Counted from the first letter of the stretch, positions 43,240 through 53,167 are shown. The stretch: DNA of 64,000 bases from Sulfurimonas crateris (GCA_945870785.1 CAMBTK010000002.1:10042-74041), one strand, 5' to 3'. Program-made: numbers and translations. Notes: generated from the sequence alone by a model not told the origin.

Positions 43240-43833
43240 TTAGTTTTTGTTAAGCTCTTTATCTTTCCAATATTTTGTACCTTGCACTGTTGCTTGAAGT
43301 GCAAGACCGTTTTGTGTAATCTTGTACAGCCTGATGCCAGAGGCAACTGTTTCTGCTGCGTTTAGAGAACCACCACTACTTTCATATTTTGCAGCCACGT
43401 CAGCTTGTGCATTTGCTTCCCAGCCAGAGTTTACAAATTTATCGTAGACTTTTTTATTTTCAAATAGAAAAACAGCTCTAAAATCTTTAACGCCTAGTCC
43501 AAGTCCAAGCCCTCCTGAGCCCATATTCATATATGTATTTATCCCAGTTCTATTAGAGTGAGCCATGCCTTTGCCACCCTCCGCTGATAGCACAACAAGG
43601 TTCACGCCAATATTGCTAAAGGTTGCATATCCGTAAGAACGAAGGAGCATGGCTTTAGCTTCTGGAGCATATTTATAGAGAAGTTCTAGTGTTTCATTAT
43701 TTGTTTTAATGCGTTCAACTCTCTCTAAGCGGTTATCCTCTTTTATCTCTTTTTTGCTTTTTCCTGACCAAAAACCTGAAAAAAGAACAACTACAAGTGT
43801 CAAGCTAAGTATCAATTTAACATTTTTTATCAT
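43240..43833 (-). CDS. Ysc84/SYLF-like lipid-binding exported protein
   Basis: GGLGLGLG...AVFLF and GLALQATVQGTKYW pattern. Confidence 0.75.
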   Translation of the reverse strand: MIKNVKLILSLTLVVVLFSGFWSGKSKKEIKEDNRLERVERIKTNNETLELLYKYAPEAKAMLLRSYGYATFSNIGVNLVVLSAEGGKGMAHSNRTGINTYMNMGSGGLGLGLGVKDFRAVFLFENKKVYDKFVNSGWEANAQADVAAKYESSGGSLNAAETVASGIRLYKITQNGLALQATVQGTKYWKDKELNKN

Positions 43834-43850
43834 GATTATCCTTGAGCGCG

Positions 43851-43930
43851 AAATGCTAGTATTATAATTTATTAAAATAGATAATCTGCTTAACGGGCAG
43901 AAGGTTTAATCTAAAATGCTAGTATTATAA
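43851..43930. repeat. 17-bp direct repeat AAATGCTAGTATTATAA, two copies
   Basis: Exact copies at 43851-43867 and 43914-43930. Confidence 0.85.
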
Positions 43931-43969
43931 AAATTAATAGTATGGCTTTGACCATGAAAAGGAATTAAA

Positions 43970-44626
43970 TTGAAGTTTAAAAGAGTAGTTTTTGCTTTTA
44001 TGATTGGTATGATATTTTTAATGAGTGGTTGCGCAGACAAAAATGCGCATCTAAAAAATACAGGTTTTTTAAATAGTTATGAAGAGCTTGAGAGCAGTGA
44101 TAGCTTTAGTGCATCTAAGATGGCAAAAAATGCTGATATAGCTAACTACAACAAACTATATATTGCGCCAATAAAAGTCGTTTTTGGTACTTTAGAAAAC
44201 ACAGAGAGCGCAGAGCAAAAAAAGCTATCCAATGAGATAAGCAAATATGTAAAAGCTGGATATATAAGAGAGATTAAAAAAAGCAAAAAATATAAGATAG
44301 TAGAAACAGCAGATGCAGATACTCTTGTTTTAGAATCAGCAATTTCTGCTGTTGAGACTCATCTTGATGATAAAAAATGGAATCAATTCTCACCAATTGC
44401 TATGGATATTACAGTTACGTCTTATAACTCTTATGCAGATGGGAATGTTCGTATTTTAGGTGAGAAACGTATAAGTGCAGGGGAGAGTTCTACACCTCTT
44501 TTTGAGAGTAAAAATATCATGAAAGATGAAAAAATATCTTTACAAGGTGATACTTTAGAGTTTGAGGATGTTAAAGAGGCCTTAGATGGCTGGATAGAGC
44601 ATGTAAAAAGTTATTTTGCATACTAA
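43970..44626 (+). CDS. DUF3313-like lipoprotein
   Basis: Lipobox MSGC and TGFLNSYEEL motif. Confidence 0.75.
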   Translation: MKFKRVVFAFMIGMIFLMSGCADKNAHLKNTGFLNSYEELESSDSFSASKMAKNADIANYNKLYIAPIKVVFGTLENTESAEQKKLSNEISKYVKAGYIREIKKSKKYKIVETADADTLVLESAISAVETHLDDKKWNQFSPIAMDITVTSYNSYADGNVRILGEKRISAGESSTPLFESKNIMKDEKISLQGDTLEFEDVKEALDGWIEHVKSYFAY

Positions 44627-44642
44627 GCAGAGGTAGAGCATT

Positions 44643-45383
44643 TTGCAAAGAGGATGGAGAGATTTTGGATTTGAAGAGATAGCTCTAAGGAGTGATACGT
44701 TTTGTCCTTTACTTAATGGAATTCGCATCGTACAGTTGAGTGATTTGCATCTTAGTAAAAAAGTAAACCTCTCTTATATGCAAAATCTTATAAAGCAGAT
44801 AAATGATTCAAAGGCAGATATTCTTCTTATCACTGGAGATATTTTGCAGACTTCAGCGCATCATATAGAAGAACTTTTGAGATGCTTTAAAGAGTTGCAA
44901 ATCCCATCTTATTATGTTAGTGGCAACCATGACATCGTCTACGGCATAGATGCGCTAGAGAAAATAATGAGTAAAAACTCTGTTATATGCTTGGATAACA
45001 AGATAGAAACAGTTGTGCTCAGAGGTAGAGAGTTACAGTTAGTAGGGCTTAGTGATAGATATAGTTTTGTTCTTGGTGTTAAAAGACCGATTAAAGAGCT
45101 ATTTTGCAAATTAAATCCAACGATTTCAACGATTTTATTGGCACATCAGCCAAAAGATGTAGAGTATATTGAGGATTTTCGTATAGATATACAACTAAGT
45201 GGGCATACTCATGGCGGACAGATTTATCCATTTAGCCTTGTAGTAAAGTTTTTTCAGCCTTATTTTTCGGGGCTTTACAGAGTTAAAAACACGCTTTTGT
45301 ATGTAAGTAGAGGTGTTGGCTACTGGGGTTTTAATATTAGATATAAAGCTTCATCTCAAATACCTCTCTTTACCATCAATTAA
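44643..45383 (+). CDS. Calcineurin-like metallophosphoesterase
   Basis: SDLH, TGD, GNHD, AHQP and SGHTHGGQ motifs. Confidence 0.9.
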   Translation: MQRGWRDFGFEEIALRSDTFCPLLNGIRIVQLSDLHLSKKVNLSYMQNLIKQINDSKADILLITGDILQTSAHHIEELLRCFKELQIPSYYVSGNHDIVYGIDALEKIMSKNSVICLDNKIETVVLRGRELQLVGLSDRYSFVLGVKRPIKELFCKLNPTISTILLAHQPKDVEYIEDFRIDIQLSGHTHGGQIYPFSLVVKFFQPYFSGLYRVKNTLLYVSRGVGYWGFNIRYKASSQIPLFTIN

Positions 45384-45421
45384 CGTAATCGCACTATAAT
45401 TTTTATTAATAAAGGAATTAA

Positions 45422-45892
45422 ATGAACAAGCTCTTAATAACACTAGTTTTTAGTGCTGTACTTCTTAGTGCAGCTTCTCTTAAAGTCAACTCACCATTTA
45501 GCGTATTGGAGAGTTTTGCATATGAGACACCTCTGGGACGTCAGATGAAAATACCAAAAAAGACAAAACTTGTAATTGTCGCTTTTGAAAAAGATACAGG
45601 CGCTCTTGTGAATGAGTATTTGGATACACAAAGTCCATTTTATCTTCTAAAGAAGAACTCGATTTTTATAGCAGATATTCATAAGATGCCAACAATAATT
45701 ACAACAATGTTTGCTCTCCCAAAACTTCAAAAATATAAGCACCTTATATATCTTCATTATGGCGAATTACTTGAGAGCACAGTGCCAAATAAAGAAGCAA
45801 AGGTAACACTTCTCTATATAGAAGATGAAAAAATAAAAGAGATAAGTTATATATCTACAAAAGAAGAGTTGAAAAAAGCGATTGAGAAGTGA
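45422..45892 (+). CDS. Exported hypothetical protein, possibly thioredoxin-like fold without CxxC
   Basis: Signal peptide; FIADIHKMP..FALPKL. Overlaps the next gene (GTGA). Confidence 0.7.
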   Translation: MNKLLITLVFSAVLLSAASLKVNSPFSVLESFAYETPLGRQMKIPKKTKLVIVAFEKDTGALVNEYLDTQSPFYLLKKNSIFIADIHKMPTIITTMFALPKLQKYKHLIYLHYGELLESTVPNKEAKVTLLYIEDEKIKEISYISTKEELKKAIEK

Positions 45893-46962
45893 TAGCATTA
45901 AAAGCTCTTCGTAAAAACCTCTTTAAAAGTCTTCTGATATTTTTATCAATTACGATAGCCGTAATGGCTATTTTTCTTATTAGTTCAGTTTCGCAAGGCG
46001 TTATTGGCATGTACTCTAAGATGATAAAAACAGATGGCGATATTATTATCACACAAAAAGGGATTTCAGATACATTTTTTTCAAATGTAGATATTTCACT
46101 AATACAGAAGATACAAAATATAGAACATGTAAATTCAAGCTACGCAATGATAGTTGGTGCCTCTCCGATAGGGCATATACCAATAGCTGGAATTTATGGA
46201 ACAACGCCCAATCATTTTTCTCATTACAAACTTTCAAGCGGAGAGTATCCAATAGAGTCAGAGGTGATTTTGGGTGAAAATTTAGCTAAACAATTCAGTA
46301 CAAAAGAGATAAATATAGCAAATAGAAAGTTTAAAATTTCTGGCACATATAAGAGTGAAATAGGCTTTGAAGAGGGTGGAGTAGTTATGAATATAGCTGA
46401 CGCTGGAGCTCTCTTTAACCGTTCAGCTTCTTTTATTTTGGTTTCATCACTCTCGGTAGATAAGATAGATGAAATTGTAGAGAAAATTTCTAAATTCAAT
46501 AGCGATATAGAGGTAAAAACAACACAAAATTTTGTAAAAGAGTACAACCAGTTTAAAATTATCGAGAACTCATCTTTTGTAATCTCTTTTTTGGCTTTTG
46601 CAATGGGCTTGATGGGCATAGCGTCTGTTATGAGCATGATTGTAAATTCAAGAAAAGAGGAGTTTGGTATCATGCGTGCCCTTGGTAAAAGTCGATTTTT
46701 TATTATAAAAAATCTATTTTTTGAAACAGCTCTGATGAGTGTCTCCGCGTATCTTTTTGCACTGATTTTAAGTCTTGGAATTTTGGCACTTCTTCCTCAT
46801 ATAGAGATGCTTCAGGGGTACGTAAATGGTACTCTCTCAATTTCAAGCGCACTCTATGTTTTGGCATCAACTCTTATAATGGCGTTTTTAGGCGCTCTAA
46901 TCCCTGCGTGGATAGCTTCTAAGACCGACCCTATTTTGCTTATAAACCAAGGATGTGCATGA
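45889..46962 (+). CDS. ABC transporter permease, MacB/FtsX family
   Basis: TM1, large periplasmic loop, RKEEFGIMRALG and PAWIASK.DP. Confidence 0.9.
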   Translation: MIALKALRKNLFKSLLIFLSITIAVMAIFLISSVSQGVIGMYSKMIKTDGDIIITQKGISDTFFSNVDISLIQKIQNIEHVNSSYAMIVGASPIGHIPIAGIYGTTPNHFSHYKLSSGEYPIESEVILGENLAKQFSTKEINIANRKFKISGTYKSEIGFEEGGVVMNIADAGALFNRSASFILVSSLSVDKIDEIVEKISKFNSDIEVKTTQNFVKEYNQFKIIENSSFVISFLAFAMGLMGIASVMSMIVNSRKEEFGIMRALGKSRFFIIKNLFFETALMSVSAYLFALILSLGILALLPHIEMLQGYVNGTLSISSALYVLASTLIMAFLGALIPAWIASKTDPILLINQGCA

Positions 46963-47582
46963 TAAAAGCATCAAATATTTCACATTTTTATGGCAAAGAG
47001 CAGGTTCTTTATGATCTCTCTTTTGAGATTGGCAGTGGTCAGTTTGTCTTTTTAAGCGGAGAGAGCGGAAGCGGAAAATCAACACTGCTCTCTATTCTTT
47101 CTACTCTTTTGCAACCATCAAAAGGAGAGCTTTTTATAGATGGCGAGATAATTAGTGAGATAAAAAATATCGATATTTTTCGTCAAAATAGAGTTGGTTT
47201 TATTTTTCAATTTCATTATCTTATAAATTATCTAACTGTTTATGAAAATATTGCATTAGCTGCGACTGAAGATAAAAAACAAAATATAAACAAAATACTC
47301 ACAGAGCTTAAAATAGCAGAACTATCTTCACGTTATCCAAATGAGATTTCTGGTGGACAAAGACAGCGTGTAGCCGTTGCTCGTGCTCTTGTAAATGAGC
47401 CAAAAATCATATTTGCTGATGAGCCTACTGGGAGTTTGGATTCAAACAATAGTTTGATAGTCTATGAGTTACTAAAAAATGCACAAAAAGGCGGTACGAC
47501 AGTTGTTGTTGCATCGCATGATATGAATATAGAAAATTATGCGACAGAGGTACTAAGGTTAAGAGATGGAAAAATTTTATAA
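46959..47582 (+). CDS. ABC transporter ATP-binding protein (LolD/MacB type)
   Basis: [15 protein letters not shown] and ADEPTG motifs; ATGA overlap. Confidence 0.93.
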   Translation: MIKASNISHFYGKEQVLYDLSFEIGSGQFVFLSGESGSGKSTLLSILSTLLQPSKGELFIDGEIISEIKNIDIFRQNRVGFIFQFHYLINYLTVYENIALAATEDKKQNINKILTELKIAELSSRYPNEISGGQRQRVAVARALVNEPKIIFADEPTGSLDSNNSLIVYELLKNAQKGGTTVVVASHDMNIENYATEVLRLRDGKIL

Positions 47583-49107
47583 ATTAATAAATAGCGTTGT
47601 CCCTGTTTGGGCTTTTATATTTTTAGGTTCTATTTTTGTCGGAGTAGTATACGCTGCGCAAATGCTTGGGTTCTCTTTTTTTGATGAGACGCTTCTAAAT
47701 GCACAAACTACGCGCTCTTTACATATTACACTAATGCTATATGGTCCGATTATGCTTGCTCTTTCTCTTCTTCCCTTTGCTCTTTTTGCAAAAGATAAGT
47801 TAGATCTTGATGTAGCATATGAACCTCTTAGAAACTTCTTTTTGCTATGGCATCTATTTTTATTTATGGCTGTTGTATCTATCTCTTTGGGTGCTCAAAG
47901 AGCTCTTCCATTTTATGACTTTGCTTATGAGTTAAATTTTATATTGGCATCTTCTGGTATTTTTTATATAGTTGCTATTTTTAGAACTATCAAGCAGTAT
48001 AAAGTTGTACCACTTTGGGTAAAAGTATCTAAAATATTGCTTTTTATAGCACCTATTTCACTTTTAGTGTTGATGAACCCTACTTATGGGCAAGTTGAAA
48101 AAACATTAATAGGTCCGCATGGTGACAATACTTTGGGGATGAGTTTTACAATCATTCCTCTTTTTTACCTTATGATAAAGCTGCATACAAAAGAGAACTT
48201 TACTCCAAAATGGAATTTGTTTTGGATTGTCCCATTGGTGGGATATGCCCTCTCCGTTGCAACTCGTATATTTAGAGGAGAGTTGTCGTACTCTGAGGAG
48301 TGGGTATATCAATGGCTAACTTTTGCTTATGCCCCACTGTTGATTAAGTGGTGCATTGATGCAAAGATAACTATCAAATCTACACCCTATTTGGTTGTAT
48401 CTATCTGGGCGTTTTTGTTTGTAATGATTCAGGGAAATATACTCTTTATTCCAGAGATACGTTGGCCTTTTCATAGAAATGATTTGATTATCGCACATGC
48501 CCATGTGGCGATTGGTCTTGGTATATTTTTTATGGCACTTAGTGTTTTGAAATATTTTTATAAAATTCCAGATAAGTTTTTAACTTTTTGGCTTTTTGTT
48601 ATGGCTGTTATTTTTATATCGCTCTCTCTTGCTGGGTTTGATGAGGCTAAGGTGTTTGCTATTGATGTTATATCTATGTGGGAAATTCGTCTTTTTGGTG
48701 GGGTTGTTGGGGTTGTTGGGTTGCTATATTTTATTGGCAAGAAGATGAAATTTCCAAAACTATCTTATCTGCAACTTTATCATCTAAATGGCTTTTTATC
48801 TGATGGAGTTGGGGCGCTGATTCTTTTTTTAAGCGCTCCGCTGCTATTTGGGATTTTAGGATTTTATTTTACTTCATATTACTACTTAGTATTTGGTTTT
48901 ATGGGCTTTGTTGGTATTTTACATTTTGTTGGAATCACAAAAGAGTCGCATCTTTTGGCATATTTAACATCACTTGCGCGTATCATTACAGGCACTGTTT
49001 TTTTATCTCTGTTTTATCTAGGAAATATTGACGCACTTGGGCTACTTGTTGGTATCTATGATATATCTTATGCTTTAACTTATCTGATTTTTAGAAGTCG
49101 CGTATGA
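47566..49107 (+). CDS. Divergent heme-copper oxidase subunit I / NorB-like membrane protein
   Basis: RSLHI and H....IAHAHVA align by eye to NorB RMVHI and H....SAHGHLA in this window. Confidence 0.6.
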   Translation: MEKFYKLINSVVPVWAFIFLGSIFVGVVYAAQMLGFSFFDETLLNAQTTRSLHITLMLYGPIMLALSLLPFALFAKDKLDLDVAYEPLRNFFLLWHLFLFMAVVSISLGAQRALPFYDFAYELNFILASSGIFYIVAIFRTIKQYKVVPLWVKVSKILLFIAPISLLVLMNPTYGQVEKTLIGPHGDNTLGMSFTIIPLFYLMIKLHTKENFTPKWNLFWIVPLVGYALSVATRIFRGELSYSEEWVYQWLTFAYAPLLIKWCIDAKITIKSTPYLVVSIWAFLFVMIQGNILFIPEIRWPFHRNDLIIAHAHVAIGLGIFFMALSVLKYFYKIPDKFLTFWLFVMAVIFISLSLAGFDEAKVFAIDVISMWEIRLFGGVVGVVGLLYFIGKKMKFPKLSYLQLYHLNGFLSDGVGALILFLSAPLLFGILGFYFTSYYYLVFGFMGFVGILHFVGITKESHLLAYLTSLARIITGTVFLSLFYLGNIDALGLLVGIYDISYALTYLIFRSRV

Positions 49108-50012
49108 TTGCCTCTTTTGCTCTTGTTCTTCTTCTTGGTTTTGAGTTATGTTACTATCTTCTGATAGTTCAAACAGGCATAGTTTCTCACTATAACTCCG
49201 ATTTAATCACTCTTTTTCCGATGTTTATAGGCGGTGTTTTAGGAACATTTATAGCTGGTAGAGTGTGGTGGAAAATAAAAAATCCAATTCACAAAATAAT
49301 GCTCGCACTCTTTTTGCAATTGATTCTCTCTTTTTTATACCCAAATTATAATTTTTTTACTTTAGCACTACTTGGTTTATCTGTTGGTATTATGGCGCCA
49401 CTTGGTATTTATCTCTTTAAGTCAAAACAGAAAAAAGAGCTTATGCTCGCACTTGGAATAGCTTATACTCTAGGTACATATTTCTTTTATTATAACGCAG
49501 ACAATAGAGTAGAAATGGCTCTGTTTTTTACTGCTATTGCTCTAATGAGTGCTTTTATTCTTAGAAACTATAAAGTTGAGATAGATACTAAAGAACTTTC
49601 TCTTTCGTTTAGTAATTATCTCCCTTTGATGTTTTGGATATTTTTAGATTCAAACCTCTTTGAAACACTCTCACGTCATGAAAATATAAATATTTGGACA
49701 AATTTTACTTTTACGATTATTGCATCTCACCTCTTAGGCTTGATGGCTGCTTGTTTTGTCAATATTTCAAAGTTTAAAAAATACCTTTTGATAAATATAT
49801 TATTTATTGGAAGTTATCTTTTATCTTATCTTGAACTGCCAATTGTACTGGCTATTGTTTATCCTTTTGTTATCTCATACTACAATGTAGTGATATTTAG
49901 TATATTGAGTAAAGAGATGAGCCTTGCAAAGTTATCGTTTATAATGATTTTTGTGGGTTGGCTGGCTTCTGGTTTTGGCTTGGCTCTGGCTCTTTCAAAA
50001 CTGTTACATTGA
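49104..50012 (+). CDS. Polytopic membrane protein, possibly MFS-like
   Basis: About 10 hydrophobic segments; ATGA overlap with the previous gene. Confidence 0.65.
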   Translation: MIASFALVLLLGFELCYYLLIVQTGIVSHYNSDLITLFPMFIGGVLGTFIAGRVWWKIKNPIHKIMLALFLQLILSFLYPNYNFFTLALLGLSVGIMAPLGIYLFKSKQKKELMLALGIAYTLGTYFFYYNADNRVEMALFFTAIALMSAFILRNYKVEIDTKELSLSFSNYLPLMFWIFLDSNLFETLSRHENINIWTNFTFTIIASHLLGLMAACFVNISKFKKYLLINILFIGSYLLSYLELPIVLAIVYPFVISYYNVVIFSILSKEMSLAKLSFIMIFVGWLASGFGLALALSKLLH

Positions 50013-50029
50013 TGTTACAATACGTTATA
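50002..50029 (+). promoter_or_regulatory. Tandem TGTTACA direct repeats upstream of yceI
   Basis: TGTTACA at 50002 and 50013, CGTTATA at 50023. Confidence 0.4.
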
Positions 50030-50053
50030 TAAATTAAAAAAAAAGGATTTAAA

Positions 50054-50587
50054 ATGAAAAAAATAGCTATTTTAGCAATGTTTGCTTTTACGCTTTTTGC
50101 CTCTGAATTGGAGCTAAAGAGTGGTTATGTTGCAGCACATACACAAATGGTAATGGATAGTACGATAGATCCAACAAATAACTCGCTTCAAGCTTCGCTA
50201 ACTATTCAAAATGGTGATATAACAACGATAAAAGGAAAGTTTTGGGTTGAGATGTCTCTATTTAGCAGTGATAACATAGATAGAGATAAAAATATGTATA
50301 AAGAGATAGAGATAGATAAGTTTAAGATGGCAACATATGTTATCTCTAGTATTGAAAAAATTGATGACAAAGATAATTATACGATAAATGGAGCATTGAA
50401 CTTTCACGGTATCTCTAAAAATATAAGCACGAAAGCTAAGATAAAAATACAAAACAGTGAGCTTGTTTTAGAGGCTAATTCTATGATTTTGATGAGTGAT
50501 TTTGGTATAAAAGCGCCATGTATGGTTTTTATGTGTGTAAGAGATCAGGTTGATCTTTTGATAAAAGCTACATTTTTAAATAAGTAA
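50054..50587 (+). CDS. YceI family exported protein
   Basis: Signal peptide; DRDKNM, GALNFHG and SDFGI motifs. Confidence 0.82.
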   Translation: MKKIAILAMFAFTLFASELELKSGYVAAHTQMVMDSTIDPTNNSLQASLTIQNGDITTIKGKFWVEMSLFSSDNIDRDKNMYKEIEIDKFKMATYVISSIEKIDDKDNYTINGALNFHGISKNISTKAKIKIQNSELVLEANSMILMSDFGIKAPCMVFMCVRDQVDLLIKATFLNK

Positions 50588-50589
50588 TT

Positions 50590-51918
50590 ATGAATAAACT
50601 AGAAGAGTATCTAAACGCTCACGAACTAAGTGAGATGCACCCATCAGATATAGCAAAAATACTAAAACAGCTCGATGATAGTGATTTTGCTGTTGCATTA
50701 AAACTTATCCCAAAAGATTTAATAGGGGATGTTACTCTTGCTCTTCCTGATAGATATTTTGATGATGTTGTTGAGCACTTAAGTATTGATGAGCTTGGCC
50801 ACGCAGTTGGAGAGCTTGAATCAGACGATCAGGTAGACTTTTTACAAGGGCTTGAAGATATTGATGAAAAGATAGCTTCACAAGTTTTTGATACTCTGCA
50901 TGAAGATGATAAAAAAGAGATTATAAAGCTCCAAACATACAGCGATAATGAAGCTGGTGCATATATGCAGCTTGAAATTTTCACCGCTGATAAAAATGAG
51001 ATAGTTCATGATGTAATAAAGCGATTTGCAGATTTAAGACGTGCAAAACTTGTAGAAAACATTCAAAATCTCTTTATTACAAGCAGTGATAAAAAGCTTC
51101 TTTATACCGTTGGTTTAGATGATTTGCTAATTTTTGATTTTAAAAAAACATTGATTGAAAATATCGATGAGAGTGAAGAGAGTTTTGAACCAAAAAAGGC
51201 TCAAGATAGAGAAAATATACGTGACGTTGTTCACTACTTTGAAGAGTATGACCTCTCTGTAATGCCTATCGTAAATGCCTATGGAATCCTCTTGGGGCGT
51301 ATTACCTCAGATGATATTTATGACATTATAAATGAACATGCAACAGAGCAGATGTATAACCTTGCTGGGGTTGATGATGATGCAGAAGAGTACGATGAGG
51401 TTTATACCGCTGGTAAAAAAAGAGCTTCATGGCTTGGAGTAAATCTTCTTACTGCTATTTTTGCTTCAGTAGTTATTGGACTCTTTGCAGATACATTGCA
51501 AAGCATGGTTGCACTTGCTGTATTGATGCCTATCGTTGCTTCTATGGGTGGAAATGCTGGTACGCAAACGCTAACAGTTGTCGTAAGACAGCTCGCACTT
51601 GGCGATATATCTCAGGGTGATGCGATGAGAATTATCAAAAAAGAGGTTTTCATAGCACTTATGAATGGACTTTTGTTTGCCGTACTTATGGGCGTTATAG
51701 CTTCTGTATGGTTTGGAATGAAGATGTTAGGCGTAGTAATAGCGCTGAGTATGATTATAAATCTTTTTATGGCAGGTTTCTTTGGTGCTGCGATACCGCT
51801 CTTTTTGAAAAAAATGGATATAGACCCAGCGATAGGTAGTGCTGTCATACTTACAACAGTAACTGACGTTGTTGGATTTTTTAGTTTTTTAGGACTTGCA
51901 ACATATATTTTGTTGTAG
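50590..51918 (+). CDS. mgtE: Magnesium transporter MgtE
   Basis: HPSDIA, CBS pair, MGGNAGTQ and DPA..TTVTD motifs. Confidence 0.95.
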   Translation: MNKLEEYLNAHELSEMHPSDIAKILKQLDDSDFAVALKLIPKDLIGDVTLALPDRYFDDVVEHLSIDELGHAVGELESDDQVDFLQGLEDIDEKIASQVFDTLHEDDKKEIIKLQTYSDNEAGAYMQLEIFTADKNEIVHDVIKRFADLRRAKLVENIQNLFITSSDKKLLYTVGLDDLLIFDFKKTLIENIDESEESFEPKKAQDRENIRDVVHYFEEYDLSVMPIVNAYGILLGRITSDDIYDIINEHATEQMYNLAGVDDDAEEYDEVYTAGKKRASWLGVNLLTAIFASVVIGLFADTLQSMVALAVLMPIVASMGGNAGTQTLTVVVRQLALGDISQGDAMRIIKKEVFIALMNGLLFAVLMGVIASVWFGMKMLGVVIALSMIINLFMAGFFGAAIPLFLKKMDIDPAIGSAVILTTVTDVVGFFSFLGLATYILL

Positions 51919-51931
51919 TTAAAGTAAAAGA

Positions 51932-53167
51932 ATGATAAATAAAGCAAAAAAGTATGCAACGACAAATACTTTAGTTCTCTTAGGAGTGATTTTAGGTGTA
52001 CTTTTTGGTATCTTTGCCCCAGAACTTGCACTTTCACAGCAAGTTATCGGTGAGATTTTTATAAATTTTTTAAAGATGCTTGTAGTTCCTCTTGTTTTTT
52101 CAAGTGTATACGTATCAATAGTAGGGCTAGGAGATTTAAAAAGCCTTAGAGATATTGGCGCAATGGTTGTCTCTCTTTATATTTTAACAACCGCTCTTGC
52201 TGTAGTTATCGCAGTTGTATCAATGAATTTGGTTCCAATAGGAGAAGCTGTAACGGCTGAGGGTTTGGAGTATGTAAAAGCTACACAAATAGCACCTTTT
52301 TCATTTAAGAGTATGATTTTAAGCTTTATCCCAACAAATATATTTCACTCCCTCTCAGATGGCTCTATGATGCCTATTATCATTTTCGCACTCCTTTTTG
52401 GTATAGCTTCTTTGCATTTAACAAAACAGCGACAAAGCGTTATCTATGACTTTTTCACAGCGGTAATGGATGCGATGCTAATAATGGCAGAGTGGGTTAT
52501 CAAAATGACCCCGCTTGGAGTATTTAGTCTTATCTCGTATGTTGTTGCTGATCAAGGAGTTGAGGTAATAGTTGGTCTTTGGAAATATCTTTTAATGGTT
52601 ATAGCAGTTTTGCTTTTTCACGCAGTTATAACACTGCCTTCACTTCTGCTCTTCTTTGCTCGTATAAATCCCTTTAAATATCTAAATTCAATACGCGAAG
52701 CCCCAATTATGGCCTTTTCTACTGCTTCTAGCATGGCTACTCTTCCTGTTTCTATGAGAGTTGCACAAGAGGTTGGAGGAGTTGACAAAAAAAATGCCTC
52801 TTTTGTTCTTCCGCTTGGTGCGACAATCTCTATGGATGGTACAGCAGCGTATTTAACAGTAGCAACTTTGTATATCGCTAACTTAGCTGGAGTTGATTTA
52901 ACGCTCTTTGATCAGTTTGTTTTAGGAGCAACGGTTGTTGCTCTGAGTGTAGGAGTTGCAGCGCTTCCTAGCGCTTCTTTGGTTATGTTAATTGTAATTT
53001 TAAATCAGTTTGGTTTGGCGCTTGAGTACATAGCCTTGATAGTCGCAGTAGATAGAATTTTAGATATGGCAAGAACGTCTCTAAATGTAACTTCTGATTT
53101 GGTTGTTTTAAAGATTGTAGATGAGCGTCTAAAGCAAAAAAATGTCCAAGAAGGGCTAAATTCTTAG
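51932..53167 (+). CDS. Dicarboxylate/amino acid:cation symporter (DAACS)
   Basis: FSTASSMATLP, MDGT and DRILDMARTSLN motifs. Confidence 0.93.
   Translation: MINKAKKYATTNTLVLLGVILGVLFGIFAPELALSQQVIGEIFINFLKMLVVPLVFSSVYVSIVGLGDLKSLRDIGAMVVSLYILTTALAVVIAVVSMNLVPIGEAVTAEGLEYVKATQIAPFSFKSMILSFIPTNIFHSLSDGSMMPIIIFALLFGIASLHLTKQRQSVIYDFFTAVMDAMLIMAEWVIKMTPLGVFSLISYVVADQGVEVIVGLWKYLLMVIAVLLFHAVITLPSLLLFFARINPFKYLNSIREAPIMAFSTASSMATLPVSMRVAQEVGGVDKKNASFVLPLGATISMDGTAAYLTVATLYIANLAGVDLTLFDQFVLGATVVALSVGVAALPSASLVMLIVILNQFGLALEYIALIVAVDRILDMARTSLNVTSDLVVLKIVDERLKQKNVQEGLNS

Noticed and set aside
37352-50044. Intergenic A9 runs (near 37352, 37382 and 50036) as phase-variation tracts
   Set aside because: Expected in AT-rich intergenic DNA; no long poly-G/C tracts were seen.
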